Shown: positions 1-28,519 of the stretch, piece by piece
Position numbering within the stretch: the first letter of the stretch is position 1
Layout of the letters: every line of letters starts with the position of its first letter
Source of the DNA: Felis catus
Taxonomy: Eukaryota
Reading direction: 5' to 3'
Length of the DNA stretch: 64,000 nucleotides
Assembly (NCBI RefSeq): GCF_018350175.1
Contig: NC_058383.1
Span: 7,442,001-7,506,000, forward strand
Position numbers and translations under genes: made by a program
Notes under the pieces: generated by a model
What the model was told of the DNA's origin: nothing
Seen by the model: the letters and a program-made list of their open reading frames with translations, nothing else
Database searches by the model: none

Positions 1-162
1 AATGGGGGATGGGCAGAGAGAGAGGGAGACACAGAATCGGAAACAGGCTCCAGGCTCTGAGCCATCAGCCCAGAGCCTGACGCGGGGCTCGAACTCACAG
101 ACCGCGAGATCGTGACCTGGCTGAAGTCGGACACTTAACCGACTGCGCCACCCAGGCGCCCC
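1..162 (-). mobile_element. Can-SINE (young felid type), truncated by the window edge
   Basis: Reverse complement of GGGGCGCCTGGGTGGCGCAGTCGGTTAAG; CpGs retained. Confidence 0.9.
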
Positions 163-1183
163 TCAATGAATTAGTTCTAACTCAGAGTAAATTTTAGAGT
201 TCTTTATAATCCAACTTTTGCTTAGTTTCCATTATCTACATTCATTACCAGGAATGTTTTTAAGTGCTGTGCTTGCATCTCATGCAAGGAGTTAATTTTT
301 GACTTTCTGGTCAACTATATAGTCTGCAGATCACCAGAGGAGTATTAAAGGCCAACCACTGATGAGGGAGGCCAACTGTTTGAGGACTGGAAAGTGACTG
401 GCCTTTCAATCACTCCTGGACTGTCTGTTCCAATTAGCTACCAGTCCCATGGCCTTATATAACTTCCAAGCTTCCATTTCCTTTTCTTTAAAAAGGGGGA
501 TAATTCTACCTTTTTATGAAGATTAAATAGATGGTGAGTGAATAGTCTGGCACATAGTGGACACTTGCTTTATTTCCTTTTATACTTAAAGACAACTGGA
601 GGACATAAGCCCTAACAAAATCTTTTACACTGATTAAACCCTCAAACAGCTGTGCCTGTCATGAGACACTGATTTTCCCCCTACTCTCTCTTAGTAATAT
701 CTCTTAGTATCTGAGACTCCTCCAGCATGAGGTTGGCAGGACTCCCCATGCCTTACCACAACAATTGACTGTCTTCTCATCCCTCACCAAGATTTCTTCC
801 ATGGTAAACCTTCTTTCCTTACTCTCTCTTACTATTTTCAATGTCAGTATGATCTTAAACCTTATGTGTATTAGGTCTATCTCATATCCTATGTATAATA
901 CCGTGAATCTTTTTTTTTTTTTTTACTTGTCTAGGCTCTTGCTTTATCAGTCATTATTTCTCTTTTTGTTTTTAATCCCTCTCTCCCCACTGTTCTCTTC
1001 ACTTAGAAATGTCTGTAGGCCTTTGAAGCTTCCCTTTACTCTTCCTCTCTATGAACTACTCCATTTCTATCCTTCCTTTTTAGTATTTTCTTACTTCCTT
1101 AATATCCAACTGAATCCATTTTTTACTACCTAGCTTCTATCCCCATTTTTCTTTGAAATTATTCTTTCCAAACCAGTGACTTT

Positions 1184-1868
1184 AAAAAAAAATTTTTTTA
1201 ACATTTATTTATTTTTGAGACAGAGACAGAGCATGAATGGGGGAGGGACAGAGAGAGAGGGAGACACAGAATCAGAAGCAGGCTCCAGGCTCTGAGTCAT
1301 TAGCCCAGAGCCCGATGCAGGGCTCAAACTCACGGACCGCGAGATCGTGACCTGAGCTGAAATCGGACGCTTAACCGACTGAGCCACCCAGGCGCCCCAA
1401 CCAGTGACTTTTTAATCCCTATAGTCAGTGGTCTTTTCTTAATTTTCTTTTTCCAAACTTCTATAGAAATTGGTACTGATGACAGCTTTTCCTCCTTCTG
1501 TCCCTCTCTCTCTTTCCTTTTCTTTTCAATATGAAATTTCCCAAACATTCTGAGAGAGAGAGACATTGGCAGAGTGAACATCATATACAAATTATCTGGA
1601 TTTAACAACTAATATTTCATTATATTTGTTTCTTCTAATTTTTTGTTATTTAAATTTTTTAAATGTTTATTTTTGAGAGAGAGAGAGAGAGAGAGAGCGA
1701 GAATGAGTGGGGGAGGGGCAGAGAGAGAGCGAGACACAGAATCCGAAGCAGGCTCCAGGCTCTGAGCTGTCAGCACACAGCCTGAAGCAGAGCTCAAACC
1801 CATGAACCGAAAGTTCATGACCTGAGCTGAAGTCAGACACTTAACTGACTGAGCCACCCAGGTGCCCC
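1184..1868 (-). mobile_element. Two Can-SINEs (~1184-1398 and ~1655-1868)
   Basis: tRNA-derived heads, (CT)n region and A-rich tails on the minus strand. Confidence 0.9.
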
Positions 1869-2275
1869 AATTATTTTGTTATTTTATAGTAAATTATATA
1901 TATACTGGTATTTCCACCTAAAGACTTAAATATGTTCTCTGAAAATTATTTTAAAACTTATCATCCAAGAAAATTATTCCTGCATTAACTCAATACCATT
2001 TTCACATTCAAAAATATTAATTATTCCTTAATATTTTGTAATTCCAATTCATATTTAAATTTCCCTGTGTATCCCCAAAATGGCTTTTATATCTGATTAA
2101 TTCCAACCAGGATCTAATTAAGGATTATGATGCATTGCATTTGTTGTATTTCTTAAACCTCTTTTAACCTCTGCCTCTCCCATTCCCCCCCCCCCCAATA
2201 TATTGATTTATTGAAGAGGTAGGGTCAGTTGTGTTCCCTTATAATTCTGCTTCCTTGATATCTATTCATCTAATC

Positions 2276-2455
2276 CAGGGTTTCTCAACAATGGCACTGT
2301 TGACCTGGGGCCTGTCTTGGCATTGCAGAATGTTTAACAGCATCCCTAGACTCTATCCACTAGATGGCAGTAGTACCCCCTCCCATTAGTGACCACCAAA
2401 AATGTGTTCAGAAGTTGCTAAATGTCCCTTGAGGGGCCCTGGTTGAGGACCATTG
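2276..2455 (-). mobile_element. MER20-like hAT-Charlie DNA transposon
   Basis: Termini CAGGGTTTCTCAAC...GGTTGAGGACCATTG, 8-bp TSD ATCTAATC/GTCTAATC, internal sequence like the recalled MER20 consensus. Confidence 0.8.
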
Positions 2456-2587
2456 GTCTAATCTCTTCCTTTTCTTCTTCTGCTAGGTTTTCTATTTCTA
2501 TCAAATAAACTGCATTTATTTAAAAATTCATGTTCTCAATTGTAAGTCAAAACCCCTGTGTAACTACCAGCTAGTGCCTCTGAATAG

Positions 2588-18086
<15,499 letters not shown>

Positions 18087-18472
18087 CATGACTCTGTGCC
18101 CCTCCCCGTCTCCACTCCCCATCTCAACTTGGAAAAGGCAAACAGGAGAACAGAGCAGAAGGAAGCACTACTCCCAGGCTCCACTCTGGTCTCTGAGGGG
18201 AAGGAGAGGTGGGCTGTGCCTTTCTAACCTGACCTTTCTCTGATGATGTTGGGATGGAGAAGCCTTAAGCCCCCAGTCCTTCTTACTGCTCCCTGGCTCT
18301 GTCCCTCTGTATTGAGAAGAGTGCCTTTTTCCTGCCACGTTTGGAGTGGGTGGGGGCTTCACCTCAGTATTGGAGAGGCACTGCCTCCTCGTGTTGAGTG
18401 GAAAGAGCCCAATAGTTTCCTGTATTTTTGGAGCATCTTTCCCAGCCTCTTTTGTATCCTTGTGATTAGCTC

Positions 18473-18478
18473 AATAAA
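18473..18478 (+). terminator. Polyadenylation signal of STAG3
   Basis: AATAAA about 390 nt after the STAG3 stop codon, followed by GT-rich sequence. Confidence 0.8.
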
Positions 18479-19639
18479 CTTGTTTGAATCAGCTGGTTCC
18501 CAGGGTGTGGCTTGAGATTGTTAAACTGATGGAAGTCAGGTTCTTTGCTAGTGTCTCAAGCGGCTCTCCTTCGCCCTATGGCCCAGTGTACAGACACACA
18601 CCAGCCCTGCACGCACCCCCAGGTGCCTTTGTGTACTGGCTCTCAAGGATGTAATGCTTTGTAACTGGGAGACGTGGTAGGGCAGAGGAGCTAGGAAGGC
18701 ACTGGCTGCCTTTCAGTGGTTTATGTAGTGAGGACTATTCAGACTGAGGAGAGAGGGCAGAATCCTGATTGCCAGAGGGTGACCTATCTCACTACACTGA
18801 GAACAGGCATACACCTTGGCAGCCTTCAGCCAAGGATTCTTTGCAGTGGGAGTTTCATGACTTCATCCCAGAGACACCTGTTATAATTTGAAATTGTGTA
18901 GACTCTCAGTTTCTGAGTTTGGAAGAAATTTAGAAGTTACTCTAAATGTCCAACCCCCAAATCCAAGATTTTGACACTGTCTTCTCCTTTATCCTTGCCT
19001 TCCCCAGCCAGTTCTTAGCCAAATCCTCTCAAGTCATTCTGCAAAATATCTCTGATCTGTTTCCTCTCTCATTGCCACCGTCAGTTCTCACTTAGGCTGC
19101 CTCTGGACACCTGCTTCCTTGAAATTCTAACTTTTTTGTTCTTGGTCTGCGTCTTGGAAGAGCACAGCACCTCTGTTCTCTCTTTCCCCCTGACAAGCAC
19201 CCAAATATGTGAAGAGACTCTTGTCACTTTCTTCTTTGACTAAGTCCACCTCCTCCTCCCTTCTCCAGCACCCTCTCTCCCAGATAGAAGCTAGAAATTG
19301 GGTTCAGGATTCTCTGTTTGGAAAGGCAGCTGCCAGTGCCGGGCAGCGCAGCTGACCCATTCAGAGATGTTTAACCTGTATTCAGGGGGAACAGCTCCAG
19401 GGAGAGGAGCCTTTCCTATGGGATCTGGGAACAGAGTAGGAAAACCAATGTGAAGACATGGAGGTCACTAAGAATCCAGGAGGGGAAAGATTCCCAAGTT
19501 ATTTAAATACCAGCCATGCTAAGGCTACTTCACAAGATCAAAAGACTTGGCAGTTCTGCAGATGTACAGATCTGTACACATCCAGATAGCCCAGCGTGGG
19601 CAGTTGAGCCCCAACCTCAGAATACATGTGAGTTTTATA

Positions 19640-20096
19640 TCCTGCTCCCCAAATTCTTTGACACTCTTTATTGAGAGGGTGAGTCTAGGTCCTCTCTCCT
19701 GGAATATGAGCTCTGTGATTGCTTGGCTAATAGAATATAGTGGAAATGATGCTGTGCCAGTTTCTGAACCCAAAATTAACTAGCAGCTCCCAACCTCCTG
19801 TTTCTTGACATGTTTGCTCTTGGAACCCAATTACCATGCTGTGAGACAGCCCCCAAGCAGCCACATGTCCTGCCTAGCTGAAGTCCCAGCCTACATCCAG
19901 TATCAACCACCAGATGTGCTTCAGATGTGAATCAGATGATTGTAACACCCATCTTTTGAATTTTCCAGCTGAGGCCCCAGGCCTCATCTTTTCTCAGCCT
20001 TTTCCAAATTCCTGCCCCATAGAATCCATGGACACGATAAAATGTTTACACCAAGTTGGGGTGGTTTGTTACATAGCACTAGTAACTAAAACAGAA
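19640..20096 (+). mobile_element. MaLR (MLT1-like) solo LTR
   Basis: MLT1-type text ending ...GTGGTTTGTTACATAGCACTAGTAACTAAAACA. Confidence 0.65.
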
Positions 20097-20200
20097 CCTT
20101 AGGGTCCTAAGACTCCAAAAGTTAGGGCACATTTATCAGTTAAAAAATTATGTAAACATTTACCACTTGTTTTATTACACACTTTAGAAATGTATGGCAT

Positions 20201-20548
20201 GGGGTGCCTGGGTGGCTCAGTCGGTTAAGCGTCTGACTTCAGCTCAGGTCACGATCTCCCGGTTTGTGGGTTCGAGCCCCGTGTTGGGCTCTGTGCTGAC
20301 AGCTCGGAGCCTGGAGCCTGCTTCAGATTCTGTATCTCCCTCTCTCTCTTTGCCCCTCCCCAACTCATGCTCTGTCTCTCTGTCTCTCTAATATAATAAA
20401 TAAACATTAAAAAAAATTTAGAAATGTATGGTGAGTTAATAACAAAATAAATGTTTTGAAATATTTTATTTAGCAGTACAAAATGCCTTTTTGCTCTAAA
20501 AAAGCAAAGTAATTTTTTTTTTTTTTAGAGAGTGTAAGCTGGGAGGGG

Positions 20549-20588
<40 letters not shown>

Positions 20589-23276
20589 CTTAAGCAGGCT
20601 ACATGCTTAGCACAGAGCCCGATGCGGGGCTTGATCCCACAACCCTGGGATCATGACCTGAGCCAAAATCAAGAGTCGGATGCTCAACTGACACTGATGT
20701 AGCCACCCAGGCGCCCCGAGAAAAAAATTTTAAATGGTTTAATGTTTTCTGAGGTTCTTCTTGAAAGATCAGTTTATTTTGATAATTGTCTTTTATGGTC
20801 TACATAATTGAAAGGGGTACTTCTCAAAACCTTGTGAATCCAAATGGAATAAGTGCTGCTTTGACTGCATTTACTACTTTTTTAAATAGATGAGCCAACA
20901 CCCACTGAAAGTTTTCATTTGGAAGACTTATAAACAGGTCAGAAGATGCTCTCCAAGTACAATAACAGTGTTCTTAGAGGGGATACACATTGTTCAGGAC
21001 CACAAAACCACGGCATCGTATAGCATGTCAACTACAGGCCAACATCAATTGTGGGTTTCCCACTCTTACCTTAGGATGATGATCTTCTTAAGAGATGAAC
21101 CGTGACATTTGGATGCTGGCGAGAGGATACTTCATTGTGTTTTGGGGCACCTGTAGCTCAGTCTGTTAAGCATCTGACTTGATTTTGGCTCAGGTCATGA
21201 TTTCGAAGTTCATGAGATCAAGTCCTGCATCGGGCTCTGTGCTGACACCGCGGAGACTGCATGGGATTCTCTGTCTCTCCCTCTCAGCCCCTCCCTGCTT
21301 GCATGCACACACGTGTGCTCTCTTGCTCTCACTCACAAACTAAACTATAATAAAATAAAATAATTAAAAAATTACTTCATTGTATTTTTATCTTAAAAAA
21401 AAAAAGAAAAATGTTAATCTTTTGTCCTGCATGACAGCAGTGGATATTTTGTGTAGCAGCTGAGGTGCAAACATGGCACCTTAAAAACCACAGCTTTGAA
21501 GGATGTCGTGCCAGTGAGCCCCTTGCCAACAGAAGTGGGGCTGTGGGCTTCGGAGCAGCAGCGCCAAGTGGTCAGGCCCTGGCCAGGCCGGAACCAGAGC
21601 TGAGGTCAGCTGGGGCAAGAGAGGTGGAGGCCTCTGCACAGGCTGACCTTACCTGGGTTGACAGGTGACACCAAACAGTGCTTTCCAGGGGACTGGCACT
21701 GCTGTGCATTGCCTGTTCGCTTACTATTGAATAATTGCTTTTGAATTATTTTAAGTAACCTTCAATCAAGCCTCTTTCTTTTTAACTCTTGTTGTGGCCA
21801 TAAGCTCTGCAAGAGGGTGAATTGTTTGGTGTTCTCTCCTAAATTGTGAAGAGATTTTTTTCCAGGTTACTGAGAAGAGTCTTCAGCTAATAGGTAAGTC
21901 ATTCTGTGTTCTGAATTCCAGGCACACTGGGATGTTACAAGAAAAAAGAGAGTCTGTGCTTGGAAGGCATGAGAGGATAAGGTGGCAGGATGGTGGAAGG
22001 TCTATTTTCACACACATTTTGGAGTCTTCCTTGAGCTCTGTAGTTCCTTCCCCGGGGTTGGGTGGATCACAGGATCTGGAAAGTCTCCCTTGAGCACAGA
22101 TTCCCTGAGAGCCCTGGGTGTTGAGTTGGGACAGCCAGAGAAATAGCACTGAAGAGGGGGGAGTGTCCGGTAGGAACAGAGAACTAGAAGGGTGGCCAAC
22201 CTGCCAGATGAAGCCCAGGACACTAGAGAAGCCATCTGGGTGGCAAAGGAGCCTAGAATCCTGGGTGAAACTTGAAGGCAAATATATCTAAGTTAATTCA
22301 GTAGGTGAGAGCAGCAAAGGAATCGAGTGGGGTAGCAGCAGCTGAAAAAGCCTCTCCTGTCGGCACCGAAGCGGCTCATGTCAGGGGGTGGGGGGCAGCC
22401 CAGCCTAGGAACTAAGCACAGGTTCTCTGCTGATGGGGCAGAGGACTTTTTGACAAAAACCTTGTAATTTAAATTTTTTAAATGTGTGTGGGAGAGGCAG
22501 CTCAGCATGGTTGTTAATAGTGTGGGTTCTGAAGCTAAAATTTTTGTCAAATCCTGGCTTCAGAACCCACATATTAACAACTATGCTAAGCTGCTCTCCC
22601 ACAGTGAGAGCCTTGTGACCCTGGGCAAGTTCCTTTCTCATAAGGTCATTGTAAGTATGGAGCTAAAATGTTTGACTTGTTCAGAACAAATTTAGCACAG
22701 AGTGTACACTCAGATATTACCTTTCATATTTATATTACTTTGATAGGGAAACAAAAATGGCCTTTTCACAACATTTAAAATATTTGTAAAATAAAATAAA
22801 TGGATCAGGTATGAGTCTCAATCTACAAACTCAGGTGGGGAACTCATAAACTCATAAAAGGATGGTCACCAACATATGTTGAAGGCTTGAGCCAGGCACG
22901 AGCAGAGTGCTGCATGCCATGAAGCAGAGTATGATCCCTGTTGGGATGTTACTGCTTTGGGAGTTGAGGTTGCTTTGAGCTTGCAGAGCTATGAAATTGT
23001 GGCACCAGTTCAACCCTCATGGGCCTAATTCTAGAGACTGATGACAAGAGATCATCAGGACTTGAAGTGTGTGTGGCTGCAGGGATTTCACTAAGAAATG
23101 TCAGAGCTGGGGGCGCCTAGGTGGCTCAGTTGGTTAAGCGTCTGACTCCAACTCAGGTCATGACTCCCGGTTTGTGGGTTTGAGCCCCACATTGGGCTGT
23201 GTGCTGACAGCTCGGAGCCTGGAGCCTGCTTCAGATTTTGTGTCTCCGTCTCTCTCTCTGCCCCTCCCCCACTTGT

Positions 23277-23321
<45 letters not shown>

Positions 23322-23340
23322 ATAAAATAACATAAAAATT
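20201..23340. mobile_element. Can-SINEs at ~20201-20417(+), ~20513-20717(-), ~21143-21371(+), ~23110-23340(+)
   Basis: Standard heads and tails; TSD AAATGTCAGAGCT around the last copy. The intervening DNA is not all repeat. Confidence 0.85.
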
Positions 23341-24759
23341 TTTTTTTAAATGTCAGAGCTGGAGGTAGCCATTACCTGTGTCATCTAATGTGTACCTCTG
23401 GGCCAGAAAGGGAAGAGGCCCAACAATGCAGGCTTGGTGCTGCAGAGCTTTTGGTTGGTAAGTTCAATGACCTTTTGTGTCTCTGAAGCTGAAAATTCTG
23501 GAGACTGTTCAGGAGTAACCAAGAAAGTTCTGAGGGCAAGGGTCATCACATCAAAAGCATTCTAATAATTAGGACTGTGCAGTATTGAAACAGGAATAAG
23601 CAAACGAATCAACAGATTAGCAAAGAGAATCCAGAAGTAGATCATCTGTAAGAATTTATGATCAAGATGGCATTTCAAAACAGCAAGAGACCTTGAGGAT
23701 GTTGGCTCTCCACCTAAAAGGTTATACTGTTTACACCATCCCCAAATTAAAATTCTTCAGGGGCAAAAAGAAACTCTTCCATAGTGTTAGGGATAAAAAC
23801 AAAATTTACAATGTTATTTTTATAATTTGATCTTCCTAACCAATGTACAAAATCCAGAAATGATAAAATATTGACAGTTGTAACCTCCTGAAGATTAAAA
23901 TGGGGAAGGACATAGGAATAAGTGGGATAGGGAAAGACAACTTTGATGTTTTCTATTCAGTGTTGTTTTAATTGTCTACAATGAGAACTTACCGAGGGGA
24001 CCATGTGGCTTATGAGACTAAAAAAAAGATGGAGAAGGTTGGTGAGTAGTTGTACCATTGCTTTTCTCCCATCAATCACCAAGTATCAAGCTCCCCGTCT
24101 GCTTGGCCCTCTAAAAGCTATACCTTCTTCCAGGGCTCAGAGTCCATCTGTGAGCACTGGCCCAGGGGCAGCCACCACCCAGGCCCAGCCTCTGTGCAGC
24201 AGTTGTCCAAGAAGGAAATGTTTCCTTGGGGGCAGCCTCCTGGAGGCAGTGGGATTTGAGCAGGGCCTTGAAAGTGGGGAGGATCTCGGTGGGAGAAGGG
24301 CTACCAGGCTAGGGAGGCTGAGGCTGGTATGTGCCCCCCTGCTCTGCACCCACACTGGGCTGGGTTACCACACCGGTCAGCTGTGCACAGGTCTCCTACC
24401 CTGTCGCAAACAGCAGCGGAGGAAGTGGCGAGAGCAGGTCTGAGTCGGGTGTGGAGCCAGAGAGGAGGTCAAAGGGTCCAGAGGATGCTCACTGGGCTGA
24501 GAGCGGTGAAGTGATTGGCCTGGAGGCCCTGCTTCTCTCAGTGTGGTGGGATGACAGTTTGCCCAAGGGACCAACTGGTTTTTGGCTTGCTGTCCTGCTT
24601 GAGTGAAGCACAGCCATGGGTACAGGGAAAACCTTACTGCTGTTGCTTTAAGTCTCCCAAGGCAGAGGGTGCATTGCCCTGCATTCACGAAACTGAGGCA
24701 GACAGAGAAGGAAATGGGGCAGGGCTGCGGAGCCCAGCTGCTCCCCGGGCTTGTTCACA

Positions 24760-24843
24760 CATGAAAACTTCCTGTGATGAGAACGGAAACACAGGTGCTG
24801 TCCCTACCACAGCAGGTCCCATATCTGGGGCCGGAGGGGAGCC
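24760..24843 (+). promoter_or_regulatory. PVRIG proximal promoter/5' UTR with ETS motifs
   Basis: ACTTCCTGT (ETS, reverse) at 24767-24775 and CGGAAA at about 24784, within 80 nt of the start codon; no TATA box seen. Confidence 0.45.
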
Positions 24844-26133
24844 ATGGACAGGCCCCGGGTCCTGGTCCTGCTCTTGGCGCTGCTGACACTCTGCATCACT
24901 GCTGGTGAGTGGGGGACTGGAGAGAAGCAGAAGATGGGGCAGGGTGGAGACCCAGCCCTGGGGCCCTCCTATGCCTGTATCCCACAGGGACCCCTGAAGT
25001 GTGGGTGCAAGTTCAGATGGAGGCCGCCAAGTCCCCGTCCTTCACTGTCCGCTGTGGATTCCTGGGATCTGGTTCTGTCTCCCTGGTGACTGTGAGCTCT
25101 GGGGGGCCCGACGGTGCCGGAGGGACTAGACTGGCTGTTTTGCACCCAGAATTTGGCATCCAGCATTGGCCCCCCGCCTGCCAGGTCCACTGGGAAACCA
25201 AAACCAGCATCTCCCTCACCTTGGAAGAAGGGTCTGAGGGGATAAGCCCCAATCCCAACACCACCTTCTGCTGCAAATTTGTTTCCTTTCCTGAAGGCTC
25301 CCAGGAGGCCTGTGGGAACCTCTTCCTCAGCACAGACCAAGGTGGGGCCAATGAGAGGGGCCAGGGAGGGCAGGGAGGGACCCCAGGGCACTGGCTGCCC
25401 ATCTGGTACACCTCTCTCTCTATACACAGGGCTCCCTGCCCCTACTCCATCCCCCATACTGCGGGCTGACCTGGCTGGGATCTTGGGGGTCTCAGGGGTC
25501 CTCATCTTTGGCTGTGTCTACCTTCTCTACCTGCTGCATCGGCAGAGGCACTGGTGAGACCCAACCCCTGCTGGGCCCAGTCCGAATTCCCACACCAGCG
25601 GGCTAGCCACATGCTTTGCTTCTAACCCTCCTCACTTTCCCAGGTCTGTCATGAAGCTTCAGCCACCCTTCACCAGCCCCCAGACACAGACGCGAGCAAG
25701 GGTGAGGACTGGGGGATTGTTTGCGAGTGGGGAACAGAGTGGGCTGGTACTGGGGGGGCTATGAGGTAGGGCCTAACTCAGGCCTCCTTCCCCATCGTCC
25801 CAGCAGGTGGCCAGCCAAGCCTCCCTGGCCTCTCTCCACATCCCGTACACTACTGTCAACACCAACCGTTACCGCCTCGCCACTCTAGACACGGTTCTTC
25901 AGCCCCGGCCACTGTCCCCATGGGCAGTATTCCCCACCCACACGGCGTGCCAACCTCGGCCTCCTGCCCCATGGGTGCCCCTGCCAGCCTCTGCACGCAG
26001 CAGTTTCATCTCCATTGAGAATGGACTTTATGCTCAGGCGGGAGAGCGGCCTCTCCCAGTTGGCCCCAAACTTGTCCATTTCCCTGACCCTGTGGGGCAC
26101 AGAGCCATGGAGGAGCACTTAGGAGTTCGATGA
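24844..26133 (+). CDS. PVRIG: PVR-related Ig domain-containing receptor (CD112R), 5 coding exons, about 307-308 aa
   Basis: Exons 24844-24904 (signal MDRPRVLVLLLALLTLCITA, good Kozak GCCATGG), 24988-25341 (IgV: TPEVWVQV...VRCGFLGSG...LAVLHPEFG...FCCKFVSFPEG, the nectin-family lock-and-key motifs), 25430-25553 (TM DLAGILGVSGVLIFGCVYLLYLL), 25644-25701, and 25804/25807-26133 (tail with IPYTTV and ENGLYAQ). Phases are consistent, and the position downstream of STAG3 is as in human. Confidence 0.95.
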
Positions 26134-26269
26134 GAGGGACCCCAAGTCCGCTTGGGCTCCCTCTCTTCTCAGGCCTTCTGGGATCCCCTTCTGTTGTGCA
26201 CCTGTGTCCTGGGTGCCCATCATCTTTGCACATCTTATCTTATTCTCCGGCCTGCATAAGTGTCTCTAA

Positions 26270-26275
26270 CATAAA
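26270..26275 (+). terminator. Probable variant polyadenylation signal (CATAAA) of PVRIG
   Basis: CATAAA about 140 nt after the stop, with GT-rich sequence downstream; no AATAAA nearby. Confidence 0.45.
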
Positions 26276-26979
26276 GCTGGTCAAGGCCCACTCGCCACGG
26301 ATGTGGTCAGCACGTGTGCACGTGTGGGTACGTGTGGGCACACATGTATCTATGCGAGGTGACAAAATTCCATCCCAGGTTGTTTCCTGTTTTCAAGTCC
26401 CCAGCCGTCACAGGTGATGTTGATAACTAAGTAAAAAAAAAAAGTGGTTTCTGACTGGGGCCTTGGCTGGACCTTTTCTTCTTTAGGGGTTAAGAGGTTA
26501 GAGGCAGTTTCAACCCCTGGGAGGCAGGAGCCAGGTTAGACTTGGACAGGGATGGGGCCTCGGCATAGGAGACCTCTCCCCTGCTCACCCTCCACTCTGG
26601 ACCAGGGGGGTTCCTGGCCCTGTAGACCTTGCTGAGTGGCACCAGGGGCTGGGAAGGTGAGATTGGGGGGGTCTCTACTCCCATCTTGCCATGTCCTAGG
26701 ACAGCAGCAAGGGCTTCTGGGGCTTCAACCCAAGAAAAGCCCCTGTAGCCTGGCCCAGCATGCCTATGTCGGGCTCCCTGAGATGTTCTGGGGGGGAGGT
26801 CCTGATGCCTTCCTTCCACAGAATTGATATTCAGAGGCAGGAGGATCACCTCAGATCTGCCCACAGTAGCTTCCTCTGGCTCCTCTCTTATTACTAGGGC
26901 ACCAGCACTACTCCCCACTGGGTACTCAGGGGGCAGGTAGAGGCGGGTCAACACAGGGACTGAACGCACACTCCCCTAC

Positions 26980-27995
26980 CCACTCATCTTCCCATCCGGG
27001 AATCAGCCTCCTGCGGTAAACAGGCCCAGCCACCAGGGCCTCATCACACCTTTGCCATGTGAGAACACGGAAGAGCTCTACAAGCTGCAAGGCTCTACAG
27101 GAGTGTGAAAGATTCTGGGTGGCAGCGACAGGATGGTCCTGGAGCCAGGCTCAGGCCACACCCCCAACCAGGATGGATACTAGCCTGGGAGAGGAGACAC
27201 CTGCCACTAGGTCCTTTACTTGGTTCTGCTTGTGGGAAATCCCAGACAGTGCTACCTGCCAAGCCAGGAACCACCCCCTCTGCCTGGTTCAGGAAGAGCC
27301 TGCCCAGAGCCTGTGTCCAACCACAGAACCTTCCAGAAACCCAGTTTACTATTCTAGGTATGCTCTGGTGTGGCTTTGCCAGGACCCAGCCCCACCCAGC
27401 CACCACCTTTATGAAGCATTGGGGAGAGGGTGGGGCAGGTAGGGTGAGGGGGTGGTTAAGGGGTCATAGGGCCTGCCTTCCTCAGCCTGTGATCATCTTC
27501 CTCCTCTGAGGAGACCTCAGCATTGGCCTAATCAGCTCAGTGGTCCCTGCAGGGCTGGGGGCTCAAGGGAGAGGAGAGGGTGCCACAGGGGTCCCGGAGG
27601 CCGCTCAGGGAGATGTTAGGGAGGGAGTAGATCTGGGCCCAGCTGCCTTAGGACCATGTCAGGGGCAGGGGTGTGGGGGCAATGGGACTTGCAGGGTCTC
27701 AGAGGAGGTGTTGGGGTCTCCCCAGGAAGCCTCGCTTCTCTAGGAAGGGAATGTTTGTGGGACAAGGGAGGGAGCTCTGAGGGACCCGGGGGCCTGAACC
27801 TGGCTGCCTGCCCAGGCCACTTACACATTATGGAGTCGGAGAGCTCCCCCAACTGGAGCCTGTCTTCTACAAGCTCAGACAGCCACAGCCAGCCTGGTCC
27901 CCATGGTATGTGAAACCCAAAACTTCAGGAGCCAGGAAGTCTCCACAGCTGGCCTGCTCCCAGCAGTCCAGCCCCATGTCCCAGAACCAGCAGCG
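26980..27995 (-). pseudogene. Possible decayed coding exons of an unidentified gene (or exons of an antisense lncRNA)
   Basis: Five exon-like segments 27995-27825, 27739-27647, 27546-27477, 27353-27256 and 27184-~26985, separated by 71-123 nt introns and phase-compatible. Four in-frame stops; no family recognised. Confidence 0.3.
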
Positions 27996-28519
27996 CTGAA
28001 GGGACCAGCTGGGTGAGCGCAGTTGTGGTGCCAGACCACTCAGCCCCAGAGATTCCAGGTACAGACCCCTTCTCAGACCCCAGCCTGGGAGCTCATGCTC
28101 TACTATTTGCTCATTCAGTGCACGTGGTAATCAACACCAGAGAGAGAAAGAGGTGCATTGCCCAAGAGGACAGAACTGAACTAGCCCCTTTACTTCCATG
28201 TCCAGGACATGCCTTCTGCCATAATGTGAGATAAGGTTTGGACTTTGGACCCTCTTGACTTGGAGTTCCAGGGGCCACTCCCTGACTGTGAAACCTCCAG
28301 CAGCTTAACCTCTCTCTGAGGTTCACTTTGCTCATCGAGTACATAATAAGAGTCATAAGGCCTGAGGGGAGGTTGAAGATTGTAAACCGGGACCAAGTAC
28401 TAAGCAACTTTGCACGGAATATGTTACTTAGGACTTACAACTCCAAGAGGTAGGTGTTTTCAGTAAGTCCATTTAACAGATGTGGAGCCTGAGACTGGAA
28501 GGCGGAGGTACTTTCAGCA

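Noticed and set aside
24767..24780. 14-mer ACTTCCTGTGATGA shared with 51383-51396
   Set aside because: Several chance 14-mer matches are expected in 64 kb; it is an ETS-like site, but shared origin or function cannot be supported.
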